A stretch of DNA of 50,320 nucleotides, filler included, from Catajapyx aquilonaris (GCA_000934665.2; 3 parts of 3 records of this genome joined end to end with filler, not necessarily neighbours in it), one strand, 5' to 3'; counted from the whole stretch's first letter, positions 1 to 12,450 are shown. Notes: generated by a model not told the origin, from the letters alone. Translations and numbers: made by a program.

Positions 1-93
1 GCACGAAAGAAGGTGGGAACCCCGGGTGGGGATTGAACCCGGGACCTTAACTTCCGTGGGCGCACGCGTTACCGCGGCGCCACTCCGTCTCCC
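1..93 (-). mobile_element. tRNA-derived SINE 5' head; body runs off the window start
   Basis: Minus strand reads GGGAGACGGAG-TGGCGCCGCGG (A box) ... GGTTCAATCC (B box), then non-tRNA sequence. It abuts the tail of the next SINE. Confidence 0.65.
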
Positions 94-95
94 TA

Positions 96-134
<39 letters not shown>

Positions 135-1598
135 TATAATAATAATAATTATAATTATAATAATTCATACCCCGTTATCAGCCGGCGGCTCTTTAGGGGG
201 GAAATTTTTGTTTTGACTGGAACTCTTTGCTTTCATTTTACTATGATTTTTGGGATAGGATCAGTGTTCGAAATTGGGATACATAGGCAGGTCACCAGTG
301 GCACCTGATATGTATAGCATGGTCGCCAAAACTGTATGTCTAGTCGCCATTATTTTATTTTATTATATATCATTACTGTTCCATAGCACAAAATCGCCTA
401 TAGTTATAGTGTACTGCGTTAATATGCTTCACAATTCAGAAGCATATTTTAGTATTTTACCAACTGCTTCTTTTTAGACACGGAACTGCAATAATAGCCT
501 ACACAAATCACATCAGTGATGGATTCACTTTGTTCCTCGGTGTTGATTTTATGCTGGCAGATTCCTCTTCTTCCTCGTCAGCTGGTTTGCTGACTTTGGC
601 AATGCTACTGCCCACAAAAAAATCCGAAATCTTGCGTTTTGCCATTTTCCTCGGGAGAGCACTTCTCGAGTCCGATCCGCCTCTCTTGCCGACTGCGACT
701 CGAAATCAGTCGAAAGACTATCCAAGACTATTTCGAAACCTCTCTCTCTCTCTCTCTCTCTCCCCCCCNTCTGCGGGTATAGGGCTCGGCGCTCTAACCT
801 GAGAAGAGGGAGGGACCCCAGACCCCCACCACCACGACCTCCTACCTCAGCCCATAAGGAAAACACGGTTTGGTGAGAAAGGGGGGAAAGGGGATGGGGG
901 GAAGGCGGGGAAGCCTAGAGCAGGAGTGCCAGCAGGGCCCCCGGATTAACATCCTTTGAGTTCGACCCCTTAAGCCTTAAGCTGTGTTGGCACCATTTAA
1001 AACCTTCCAAATCTAGCTTCGTCATTGGCTGGGAGTGAGGGGTGGGGGATTCTCAACTTAACTCGCCGGCTACTATAATTAGGTCCATCCTGCCCCGCTT
1101 TCCCCTCCTCTACATCTGGCTGTGACCCCGCGTAGCTGAGTCCTTCCTGCTATCCTGTAACCTTATTTACCCCAACTTGGAACTTGAACTTGACCCCCGG
1201 AGTGAGGACCCCAATAAATACCAGGCGCACTTCATGATAATGAGCCACCAACAGAATCAGCACTGCAGGAACGAAATTGAAAATACGAGGCAGAAATACA
1301 GTATTGGGAGGGAAAGCTAGTCGCCAAAGTGGCCACTAGCCATCTTTATTCAGTCGCCAATGGATAACCTAAAGTCGCGAAATGCGACTGGCGACCGGTT
1401 AATTTCGAACCCTGGATAGGATAGGGACGGAAGGAAGCGGCTGTGGCCTGTTGTTACGGAAACGACCCCAGAATTATCCTGGTAGGACCGTGGGAAACCA
1501 CAGAAAACCACGGTCAGGGTCGCCGGCCCTGAGATTCGAACCCAGGACCTCCCGATTAGCAGGCGGACTCCATATCCACTACACCAACCTGCTTCGGT
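96..1598 (-). mobile_element. SINE family A copy, split by a DNA transposon at 262-1414
   Basis: Head ACCGAAGCAGG with B box GGTTCGAATC near 1535-1598; (ATT)n tail at 96-165. Colinear with the intact copy at 42838-43122. Confidence 0.9.
262..1414. mobile_element. Non-autonomous hAT-like element
   Basis: TIRs CAGTGTTCGAAATT / AATTTCGAACCCTG (13/14 match); 8-bp TSD GATAGGAT at 254-261 and 1415-1422. Confidence 0.9.
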
Positions 1599-1825
1599 CC
1601 CTCATCTTGATAATGCCATGAACCACACCTTGCCACTCACCCTCAGCTATACGTACTTCCCTACAATCCCAAGCATGTTTCGGAAGAGCTCATACTTGTT
1701 TGCATGAGCCTGCCATCTGTTGTTTAATTGGATATTGAGGAGTGCCAAATTAACTCATAATGCCACATGGTACACACACGGTACCACTGACACTCTCTAG
1801 CAAAAATAAGTAAGGAAAGTTTATA

Positions 1826-2434
1826 CAGTAAAACTTCTATAAGTCGAACTTCCCTAAGTCGAAGTTCTCTATAAGTCGAAGAAAATGATGAGCTTGGTTG
1901 GTCACAATGTAAAATAATAGGAAATAAACTTCCCTAACTCGAATTTCTATAACTCAAAGTTCTCCATAACTCGAAGTGCAGGCAGGGCCTTACGATGGGA
2001 TATCAATGCATTTCCAGTCTCCCTAAGTCGAAGTTCATGTTGGCGAGTACGGAAAATTTTCTCATTTACCAGCCAAAGGGTCGAGAGTAGGCCACATGTA
2101 CAGAAAGGCTCAATTTCCTGATCTCCTTCTACCAGATGTACCGAATGATGTGTTTGACTCGATTGTGACAATTGAATCCTTGAATTTAAGAGTATAGGCA
2201 AATGTCCATAACAGAGATTTTTTTTACACCAAAACAACGAGGAACATTGTAATTTGTAAGTGTGATAGTGACAGTTATTTTTAAGTTTTGAAAACCTTTC
2301 GTCTCTGGATATGAAGGTAGGCTTCCTTACAGAGTTATGTGACTTAAAAATTCCAAACTTCTCTAACTTGAATCTTCTATAACTCGAAGTTTCCCCCCGG
2401 TCCCATGGAGATTCGACTTATAGAAGTTTTACTG
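1826..2434. mobile_element. pogo/Tigger-like MITE
   Basis: TIR CAGTAAAACTTCTATAAGTCGAA at both ends, TA flanks, internal TAAGTCGAA/TAACTCGAA repeats. Near-identical left part at 13835. Confidence 0.9.
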
Positions 2435-2551
2435 TATGACATGAGATTGTAATTTAATACATTTACTAAATTCTATCTTCTAATTAATATTTTCACTTAT
2501 TGCATGAATTCTTTACATATGCTTTGCCAGTGCCAGCAAATTGTTGCTATA

Positions 2552-2903
2552 TATTTTATTTTACTTTTTTTTTTTTACGTTACCCGGTGCTAAGGCTTAG
2601 CCTTTTTAGGGGGGGTGGGATACCACCATTTTCACTCCTTAACTTCATACACCAGTGCAAGGAGACAAGGATGTAGGGTAGGGATAGGGATTTTTTGGGG
2701 AGGGAACATAGGTGCAAGTGCAATGTCGGTAAAGGGGTCATGTGCTGTCCCCCAGGAGGTTAGGTTGCCAGACACCTCCTTGGTGCAGGTCAGCGACCCT
2801 CCTGACGCAGGTGAAAGGAAAGTTTTCCCCAGGCGGGGATCGAACCTGGGGCCTTTCACTCAGCAAGCCGTGACATTACCATCACGGCCACCACACCTCC
2901 CCC
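2552..2903 (-). mobile_element. SINE family B copy
   Basis: tRNA-like head with GGTTCGATCC B box; A-rich tail; TSD TTGTTGCTATA at 2541-2551 and 2904-2914. Homologous to 17666-18055. Confidence 0.85.
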
Positions 2904-2996
2904 TTGTTGCTATAAATTGTCAAGGCTTTGACCAAACTGTTGGTGCATCTGAAAATGTATGCAAAGCATTCTCCAACTCACACCATCCAAACTCAC

Positions 2997-5900
2997 CACA
3001 GAGAAGCTCCTTGGTCTGTACCATGTCAAACCCACGTATTTTCGCCCATCTGGAGGCTCCTTCTCCAACTATCAAGCTTGGAGGCACCCTACCCAAAGAG
3101 AGAAATCCTTTTCCTTGCTGCACACACAACTCTCGGGCAACCAACACTGGATTCTTGATGCAAGTTGCAGCACCAACTCCTCCAAATATCAAAGAGTCCC
3201 CATCCATGACACCTGCATCACACTCGATCCCTCCTGCTTGGGTCAGATTAGACCCTGTGCCTGCATTGGTGAGGTCTGAGTCTTCTAGAAGAACTGTGGC
3301 TGCAACAGCAGCCTCCAAGGAGGATCCACCAGACCTGACAATCTCTATTCCACGCAGGCAAGCTGCCTCACATACTGAACGGTAGTGAATACTACGCTCT
3401 TGGGAGTGATTCCCGGCACCTGTTGGCAATGATAACATGGAATGAGTTGCAAGTTCCTTCAAAAGGATTGCATTTTAGAAGTGCATAGAGTGTAAGTTCT
3501 TTTTTCAGGACCAATGAACTGGAAGTATTCACTGGGAGAGCAAAAGTAATAAGCACAGTCAAGCCACTTTAAATATCGGGAATCCAATTGACGGCCAATT
3601 GGTTTCGAGAAGTTTCCCTGCAATGCCCATATTCTTAACACTAGATCGTAGGTCCTGCCAATTTTAGTTTGTGTACAGGTAGACAATGCTTAGTAAAGCT
3701 AAATTGTTACAACTTAATTTGTGCTTTTTATCAAGGAAACAAGGTGACCTAATCCATTCTCCCTCACATGTGAATTGGGAGTGTTGTAGGTATGGATGCA
3801 ATACCAACTTAAGGACATGTCTGCCAGCTAATTAATAACAACAATATACAGTGAAACATGTTAACAGCATCTTTCATAGTTAAGCTTACATTATTACATT
3901 ATATTACTATATTATTATTATTACATTATTATTGTATTTTGTTTGTGATTTTGTATCTTGCTTGTATCTTGGTATCTTGTATCTTGGTTAATAAACCGGG
4001 TACGAGAGGCTGTAGAGCCGCACTGGCTGGTCAGCCCTTAACACCCCTTTAAAGTTCAGCTTACATTTGAATTAATTGTTGTCGCCCATCCTGCATCAAG
4101 TTGCTATTCCTGAGCCCCATAATTTTGGTTGATTCGAAGAAGCAAATATGCAAACCTCCCCCATGCACCCTTCACTCAACCCCCTTATACTCTTTTTTTC
4201 TCCCCCTCAGGGGGGCCAACAGGACTTGCATGTGTATGCAATATTATTTTTCTTCCAATGCAAATGTATTTATTTATTTATTTATTTATTTGATTACCCC
4301 GGCCTGGAGCAGGGCTCCTATGGGGGGACACTCTACATCGTACACAAGGACATAAATTTACTAACATGTTGAAAAAAATTAAAGATACCCAAAAGAAGTG
4401 GTCTAGTACAATCTGCGTATAATAAATACATCCGATCAGGAGGACAACGAATGACATTGCTAAGAAATTTTGTCCTTGGGGTTGAAAATATTTGACATTC
4501 AAATAATAAATGATGTTGCGTAAAACATTGACCCATGTTGCACCAATCACACATTTTTTCAGAATCAAAAGAAATTTTGTTCCCCAATTGATATACTGAC
4601 ATTGAGTTGTTTTTTAAATTTATCCACAATCGTAACTGGGGTAATGGTACGTTGAACGAAAAATAATTTTCCATCAATGGTGTTGTTTTATACGAATAGC
4701 CATACCTAGAGGAAGAATTCAGTCTCAGACTGTCCTCATTGAAATGGTATAGAGCCATTTGATCTTGAGCACTTGCCAGACTCACTGTTTCCAAGTCACT
4801 TGATGCATATCCGTAATCAGACAAATTTCGGAGAAGACTCGAAAACCAGTTGTACTGGGGATAGCTGTTGCCTTCGTGTACCAACATAAGGTAGTTCAAG
4901 GCCTGCGTACACAAAACCACCTGCTGTCTGTCTTTTAGTCTCCTCCAAAATTTAATCGTCTGCAGTAGGATCCTGACCTTTATTGGGGATATTCCCGTTT
5001 CATTTCTGATAAAAAAACCCGCTGCCGACACTGGGAGGCCAAGGAATCTCTTAACAAAAACATTCTGAACCCTCTCTATTTCAGATAAGTACCGCATGCC
5101 CCATATAGGCGCTGCATACTGTATTATCGGCGCGATTTGTGCATTAAATAACTTCATTGCTATTTTAAAGTCCCGAAGTTTCATATTTCGAAGCGTATGC
5201 CACAAAGAATTAATCGCCGCAATCGCTTTACTTTTCTGCAGCTCTGTTTGTACATGGAATTTTCCCGTGCTTGAGAAGGTCACTCCCAAATATTTGTATC
5301 TGTTTACAATTTCGATATTTTCAGTGCCCAATGTGAATTTTGTGTCTCCGGCTAGCCTTCCTGCCTTCCTGAAAACTACTACTTTGGTTTTATTTATATT
5401 TATCTGGAGGCCCAAGGAGTCAAAAAATTCATGGGTTTTGTTTATCAAGTTTTGCAAATAGAGACGATGGTAAGTTAACAAAACCACGTCGTCGGCAAAA
5501 ATCAATAGCTGGACATCTTTCATATTTGGTCCAAAGTTTATACCTGGTATCCCGGACTCCTCTAAAAATGAGGTCAGCTTCAAGGTGTAAAGTGTGAAAA
5601 GGAGGGGAGAAAGGACCTCTCCCTGTAACACACCTTTGCCAACTTTCAGGCCAACCTCCTGGGGATCATTTGTCGAAACTACTCTAAATCTCATATAGAT
5701 CTCTCTTATCAATTGGATAAACTTAGAGCTAATTCCTATATCGTATAGTAAAGTCCAATGCAAATGTAAGCTTATGAAACACATGGTACAGTGCAGTTTG
5801 TTAGATAAAATTTTCTTGTACTGAATAAGGTTCCATGTAGGTGACAAATATTTCTCAAATATTCTGCACCACAACGAAACGATTTCTGTAATGGAAAAGT

Positions 5901-8797
5901 GTCTTCTGTGTCTCGAGTCCATTACAGAGAGGGAAAGTAACTCCCTATTAGAAACATGTAATAACTTTGTCAATATACAGGGTGGACCAACTTCAAGTGT
6001 CGTTTTATAATGGCTATTAATAGAAGCGCTTTACGATTGACGTAGCAGCGACGTGTAAAATGTCCCACTTCGGCGCCATCGAAAATATTAGCTGCCAATA
6101 TTAGCATACATGTATATATTGTATAATGAACCTGCTGCAACGAGTGCAACCACATGCGGCACCAATGCCAATCTGGCAGTCCGCAAAGAAGGCATTTCAC
6201 CCAGGCGCATCTCAGGTCATGAGTGCACCTACTTTTTTCCAGGCAGGTCAATCCAGCAGCAGGGTTGATTACATGTGTGCTGCTATTGGCAGCTAATATT
6301 TTCTATGCCGCCGAAGTGGGACATTTTACACGTCGCTGCTACGTCATAGCAAAATCACTGCTATTAATCACCGTTATAAAACGACACTTGAAGTTGGTCC
6401 ACCCTGTATTATTGCTCAATTTTCATGAAACAATTTTTATTTTGTAACTTGCAAAGGGAAAATTTATATGCTGCCCACCAGATAGCAGAATCAGTCATGC
6501 AAGTAATCAAAATGATGCATCCCCTTTAGCGTCGTGAGATTTGCTCTCCCCATTTCGTGGCCCTTCCTCCTTCGAAATACCATGAATGGAGAGCTGTATC
6601 TTTCCGTGCTGCAAGGTGCCCGATCATCATACAATAGGATAACTTCAACCATATCTTCATGCAAGATGATGCACCCCCACATTTCGCATTGACTGTCCAT
6701 GTGCGGCTGGATAAACAATTGCCGGGTTGTTGGGTGATCCAACATAATGACCAGCATGAAGTCCTGACCTTACGCACTACAACTTTTTCTTGTCCGGTTC
6801 GGCAAAGGAAGGGGTGTACTGCACCAAACCACAAAATTAGGATCAACTTAAGGAGCGCATTCGAGTTGTTCTGGGCAAAGTACCGCACGACCCCACAAGA
6901 TTACATGCATATAAGAATGTCAAGGGTATTATGAATCGCCTACAGAAATTGATGGAATACTTTGGTTCCTATGTAGAATTTTAAGTTTGCAGGCAAATTC
7001 TCCCATTGCAAGTTACATAATAAAACTTGTTTCATGAAAATTGATCAATATTTGACAACGTTATTACATGTTTCTAATTGGGAGTTACTTTCCGCCCACC
7101 CTGTAGGCTATAATGTGTGCCTATTTGCTGACCTGAAGGGGCCCTGTATTTGTGGCAAAGAAATAAAGTGTAAATCATTTTAATACGCCCCTCGCACCTT
7201 CACTCCCTTATCAGAGCCTGACTGTAGCAGTTACAATTTTTATGCATATTTTTCTGTCAAAAAGGTTTCACCAAGGATGGTGTTTCTATGCAATTATTGT
7301 CATCAAACACTTTCCAGAGCACACATGCCCAGCAGCAGCATGCAAAAGCTCCAATGTAAGAGTATTTATGCAAATAATAAAAAGCAAGCAGGCAGGAATA
7401 TATGGAATCACTAAGACTATTACTTTGTATAACATATAAATAGAACCATAAAAACAGTGTCACAATAGGTAGTCTCAGAACATTGACAAATGCATCAGCA
7501 GTTATTTTGCCCTATCCTGCAATGTTTATTTGAAAGCTGATTGATTTACCAGGAAGATGACTTCCCAGCTACTTAGTGTCGAGCCTTGGGAGCATTCTAA
7601 ATACTTTTTCACAGTGAAAAACCACCAGGAAGAAGCGATTTTGTGGGTCCAAACTGATCCTTCTACAAGTATGTTATGAGTGTGTGAGTTGGCCATTTTT
7701 CAGAGGTGACAGAAAAATACAGAGGGTAGCATGATGAATTATCCATAATGAAAGGATTGATGGGAAAGCATACTATAGTAGGCTGCCTGAAAGAATTGGT
7801 GCATTTTTAGGGTGCATGTTAGGGTTGGGAGGTTAGGTTAGTGTAGGGCACAAAATATATTTAAAATTCATGACCTGGCAGACAGTGCATGAAATGATGA
7901 CGGGGGCAGGTACCACAATATCAACTTCCTACAGCAAAAATCAGCCAACAGCACCGGGCGAGAAATGGCCAAAACACAACTGAGTTCCTAAGAACAGGTG
8001 TAGGCCTATATGCACTGTAGCCAAAATGTTACTTTATCATGGTTTTCACCCTCAAAATTGTACTTGGTTAATCTTTTGAGCTCTGTCCTATGTTGGAGAG
8101 TATGTCTCTTTATAACCTTTCATGCAGGTGTTCATAATTATTGCAGGATTGGGCAAAACAATTACCTGTTAATTGTTTACCCTAACCTGCAATGATTATT
8201 ATTCAAGAGGTTTACTAGGAAGATGACTTCACAGTTGCTTAGTGTCTGGTCTCAGCAGTATTCTAATATGCTTTTGCGATGAAAAACCACAAGCAAGAGG
8301 CCAGTTCTTGAGCATGAACTGACCTCTTATCCGATTATGTTTCACTAATCAGATATTTGCAGAAGCTGAAAAATATGTCGAAGGGGATGGAGTGATGGGC
8401 AATCCATGATGGGAGGGCTGATAAAATCATGCACAACTGTGTGAAGCATGAAAAAATAGGTTCGTTATGTTTTAGTAAGCTTACATTTTAGGAAATGTAA
8501 GTCACATTTTTAGAGCAACAGCTCCTGCAGCACAGTGATTTTAAGAGGGTTTCGACACTAGGCTTGTTAATCCATTTTTGCTAATTCTCTTTAAAAAAAG
8601 TCGCGAGTATTTGTGGCAGCCAAAACTTAGAAATCCTACAATGCACCCCTTTCTCTGCCCCTTTCTGGCCCTTCACACCATATTTCTTAGACCACACAAC
8701 ATTCTACATCGCAATTATCAGAAATCAGCAGCATTACTTTCAGTTGAAATGTACATTCATCTTTCTTACCGACATGAACCCCGATGAATCCATTCAT
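2997..8797 (-). CDS. TASP1: Threonine aspartase 1 (Taspase-1), 5' part; catalytic half not found in the window
   Basis: Exon 8797-8770 (MNGFIGVHV-G|gtaag) joins exon 3419-2997 (cag|, |gtgagt, phase 1-1): GAGNHS...LEDSDLTNAGTGSNLT...IECDAGVMDG...GGVGA..IKNPV..LSLGRVPP..VGEGA..WA. This matches the Taspase-1/asparaginase-2 alpha subunit. Confidence 0.93.
4269..5753 (-). mobile_element. 5'-truncated non-LTR retrotransposon (LINE): partial RT plus C-terminal CCHC motif; clade not determined
   Basis: GVLQGEVLSPLLF, LIFADDVVL, YKYLG and CDWC..HHLLFEC motifs; stop at 4333; (TAAA)n tail; 15-bp TSD TCCAATGCAAATGTA at 4254-4268 and 5754-5768. Confidence 0.95.
5925..7103 (+). mobile_element. Decayed Tc1/mariner-superfamily element (Tc3/maT-like)
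   Basis: ~110-bp imperfect TIRs, the left one split by a MITE; TA flanks; transposase remnant FMQDDAPPHF...PDLT at ~6655-6830. Confidence 0.8.
5978..6406. mobile_element. Palindromic Tc1/mariner MITE nested in the left TIR of the preceding element
   Basis: TA-CAGGGTGGACCAACTTCAAGTGTCG ... CGACACTTGAAGTTGGTCCACCCTG-TA; inverted arms longer than 130 bp. Confidence 0.92.
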
Positions 8798-9034
8798 GGC
8801 TTGCTGTGGCCAAAAAATTGGCAAACTTTCGTCACTGACAATGGACCTCACATCTGTCTGCTTCACATGCGGCCATATTGGCTCAAGATACAGTAGGTCC
8901 TAATCACACGTGTTCCGCCAGAGGCTGCTGATTTTTGTGCTTCATCTCGGCAAATGCAACAAGATAACGCGGTAGTGGTGTCTTGAATGTCCTCATGAGC
9001 TGGGAGGAAACAATACACATAGAAGACCAAGAAA

Positions 9035-9196
9035 GTATCGAGACCTCGATCGAGACGATCGAGACCACATCGAGACACACTATCTTACACAGCCTGTGGC
9101 CGTAAGCTTTTCCTTGCCTCCACTAGAGGGCATTGACCAATTTCCAGATGCGCGCCTCTCGCGGCCAATTTTGGCCTGCCATCAAGATGGCGGCGT
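9035..9196. promoter_or_regulatory. Candidate regulatory motif cluster upstream of the Taspase-1 ATG
   Basis: Four ATCGAGAC repeats (~9037-9076); CCACTAGAGGGCA at 9120-9132 (fits the CTCF core consensus); CAAGATGGCGGC at ~9183-9194 (YY1-type). CpG-rich. Motif match only. Confidence 0.35.
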
Positions 9197-11579
9197 TATG
9201 AGTGCAGAGGCGGGACCACGGGCGGGACTGGTCTATTCCTGCCCATGTTAAATGGCCTCTGCTTGCTCGCGTCTGGGGGTCTGACCCCGGGGCAGATCTT
9301 GTTGACATATTTTTTTGTGGAGTGAGGAGGTTCCTGACCTGCCCTCACGAGGTTCAAAAAGGTCATTGGCCCCCGGGCGGACTGCCCCCGGAGTGATTTT
9401 GTGAATGGTGACCTCGCTTTTCTCATTATTATCCGCCCTCGCTGTTTTGTCCGCGTTTGGTGGTTTGGCCCCGGGGCAGATGTTGTTGAGCATGAACCCT
9501 TTTGATAATGGACCTTACTTTTGACTATGTGTGTGTAAGTTTGTAGCACATGGCATACGGCACATTTAAAGTGTAGAGGGCAGGATGGTAAAAGATGAGG
9601 TAAAATAAATGACAAAGTGCACAGGTGTCGCACCCGGATTCTTACTCTGACGGGATATGATCACCTGTTGCACATGGACGATGTGTTACGGACCCATGGC
9701 TGGATTGTCCTCGAGCTGGCTTTTGCTTCTTTGAAGCTGGCGGAATGGATGTGATGTCACGAAACTTTGACGGCGCCGTACTCATTAACTACGCAACTGT
9801 GCCCAAAACTAATAAATTGCACATCCCTATATTAGTTTTACGAGTACTATCAGCCTACCTGGCGATTGTCCGCGAGTTTCCCTTCACCCTGTATACTGTA
9901 TAGTAACATTGTGTTGTGACTGATTGAGTAAACTTGTTATTGACATATCTTATGGGTCCAGACTTAAGGGACACCTTGTATATTTCACACACTCCCAGAA
10001 TAGCAACACTGTGTAGCACCACCTGGAAAAAAATAAAAAATAAAATAAAAATCCATTTCCACTGTATGAATTTTCCAACATAAAATTAACATGGGAGGTC
10101 AAATGTTAAATCTACTGTACACCCTGTAATAACATTTTTCAACAGTTTAATTTCACCAAAAGAAGTATGCTTCTAAATATTACTCTAGCAGCATTGTTCT
10201 AGAGATTTCCAATTGTGATAGTTATTCTGGAAAGTGCATTTCGTCACTTGAAGTATGTAGATAATGCTACAGAAAAAAACGCTACAGTACCCATGCAATT
10301 TTGACGGCATGCACTACAAAGAAGTAGATGAGGTCATCCAAAATGCCATTGTTCCCCTTTTCACATGCCAATATACTGATAACAATTTTTACTGCATCAC
10401 ACACTATTGTTTCAGTATTCCTGCGTCTGCACGTCAGGACCATGACAGTCATTTTTCTTAATTGTGCAATTCTCTTTAGCACAGGTTAGCGTTTGCAGTG
10501 CAGGCCTGTCCTGGACATGTTACGTGGAAACAGACTGTATTTTGACACCATCTGCAGACTGCTCATAATATGGATGTGGATATTCACACACGCTGCCTAT
10601 GATACAGATGATGCCATGGGTCAGTCAATATGAGAAGGTAGGATCAAAAGGATATCTCACAATTTTTGTCTTAATATATTAATTGAACACTTCAGCGTGC
10701 TGTTACCCATAAAATGAGGTCATATGGTCCTCACTCCTCACATCGGCTTGCCTTTACGTCAGATAAAGAAATCTTTGAATTTTAACAGCAACAATTCTAA
10801 AATAAAACTTAAAGGTGGCATATCCAATTTGATCCTGAATATCTCATAATGTACCGGTAGTCTACATTTATTTGAGAATGTGTATAACATTTTCATTGAT
10901 TTCAGGAGCTTTGAACTTAGCACAACAGTCTTGGTCACCACCCTTTAAAAGTAATATCAGATTTTATACCTATTACTCGGCATTCTATGAAAATAATATA
11001 TACCACTCTTCTACAGGAAATGCTCCTGGAGGTCAAAATGGATTCTTTTGATTTCAAGAAGAGACTGGGTACCTTGTTGTGCAATCACTTACGAGCATAA
11101 CAATAGCCATCGAAATAAAAGCAACTATGTGTGCTTTAGATACCATTATTCTCAAAATCCGCTTTTGAATGTGTGACATAAGCCTAGGACCTGTCAGTCT
11201 CAAACCAAGAGTGACTTGTATTGTAAAATTTAGGTTTTTTTTTTACAATTGTTGTTAAAATTATCACAGTGTTAAAAATATGTAGGCAATCTCATATTTA
11301 TATCCTCTGCCAAAACATAAAGGACTTCCCTGATTCTCCCCAGACTCAAAAATTAGGCCATACCTCCACCCTCCACCCACACAAACCTGCCATTCCATCT
11401 TTTGACTCCCTCTGAGAAGCCTGTTGACATGTCTATGACATTCTGATGGGTGAGTTTTTGATGGGTGGTGGGTGAGAGGAGTGGTGAAATTTTGAGCTAG
11501 GGAAAACCAGGAACGTTCTTTATGTTTTGACACATACTATACAAACAGATATATGGTACACTTTACATTATGGTGCAAA

Positions 11580-12450
11580 ATATGAGTTGTAGATTTAACA
11601 TGACAAAAGTAGATACCTGTGAATGGCTATTTTTCTGAGAATTGGCTTGCTGAAGGCTTTCTTCATTTGTCCTGACAACAAAGTAATTTTGTAAGTCTCT
11701 TTATCAGCCTACCTAATTGGTTCTTTCCACTACCTATGATTTTGTCCATGACATCATACCCAACTACCAGTATGCATCATGCTGATCAGAGATCTTCAAA
11801 CCATAAATGTGGGCCTTAAGCGGCTCTTGGATGATGTTCTCACAGCTCAGTTTTTCACCATTTATTACTCTTCAATTTGTGCAGGACCAAATGTTATAGT
11901 CTGGCAAACGATAAATCAAATTGTCCTTGAATTTGTAACATGCCAAAATGTGTATTACCTGTGGAGGTGTGATGTTACTTTAGTATTTTATGAGGGAGAT
12001 CCCTTTAACCCCATATCATACTTCAATCTTTACAGGCTTGTTTATTGTTGAAGAGGGCTAAAGAGTGTGACACCACATCCTCTGACATGTCCCTCTGTTG
12101 TATGTTAATGTCATGAATGAAAGCTTATCCAAAACAAACCACCGATGGCTATTATGTTTAATTTGTACTGTTCTTTTTGTCATCCAAGGAGCCTGCTGGA
12201 GAGTCAAGTTAGCAAGAACCAATGTTCTTTACTTGAAAAAGTTTGAGGATCTCTTTATGTACATGGCCAGCTCAATATTTGTACAAACCTTAAAGACTAC
12301 ATAATGTGCCACATTTCTGTTATACCTTGGATTAAATTCCACAGTCAAGAGTTTTTTTGTGGGCTCAGTCACTAAAAGAAAATGGATGTTTTGACTGTCA
12401 ATGAATGTTCGCATTTCATGATACATTATTACTAGTATGTATATTATTGT
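11580..12450 (-). mobile_element. Highly decayed LINE, APE endonuclease N-terminus; boundaries approximate
   Basis: HEMRTFIDSQNIHFLLVTEP resembles the LINE APE motif EL..F....IDI.L.TET; many stops downstream. Confidence 0.4.

Noticed and set aside
770..1252. Possible solo LTR (TATAA ~1074, AATAAA ~1213, ending ...AACA)
   Set aside because: No matching TG start or TSD found.
1641..1717. Candidate third Taspase-1 exon (minus, AG...GT bounded)
   Set aside because: Stops in all three frames and no Taspase similarity.
2615..3385. 256-aa plus-strand ORF
   Set aside because: Antisense shadow of the Taspase-1 exon fused to a SINE.
7615..7640. U3 snoRNA box C'-like string AAAACCACCAGGAAGA
   Set aside because: Other U3 boxes absent, and the motif is not conserved in the duplicate.
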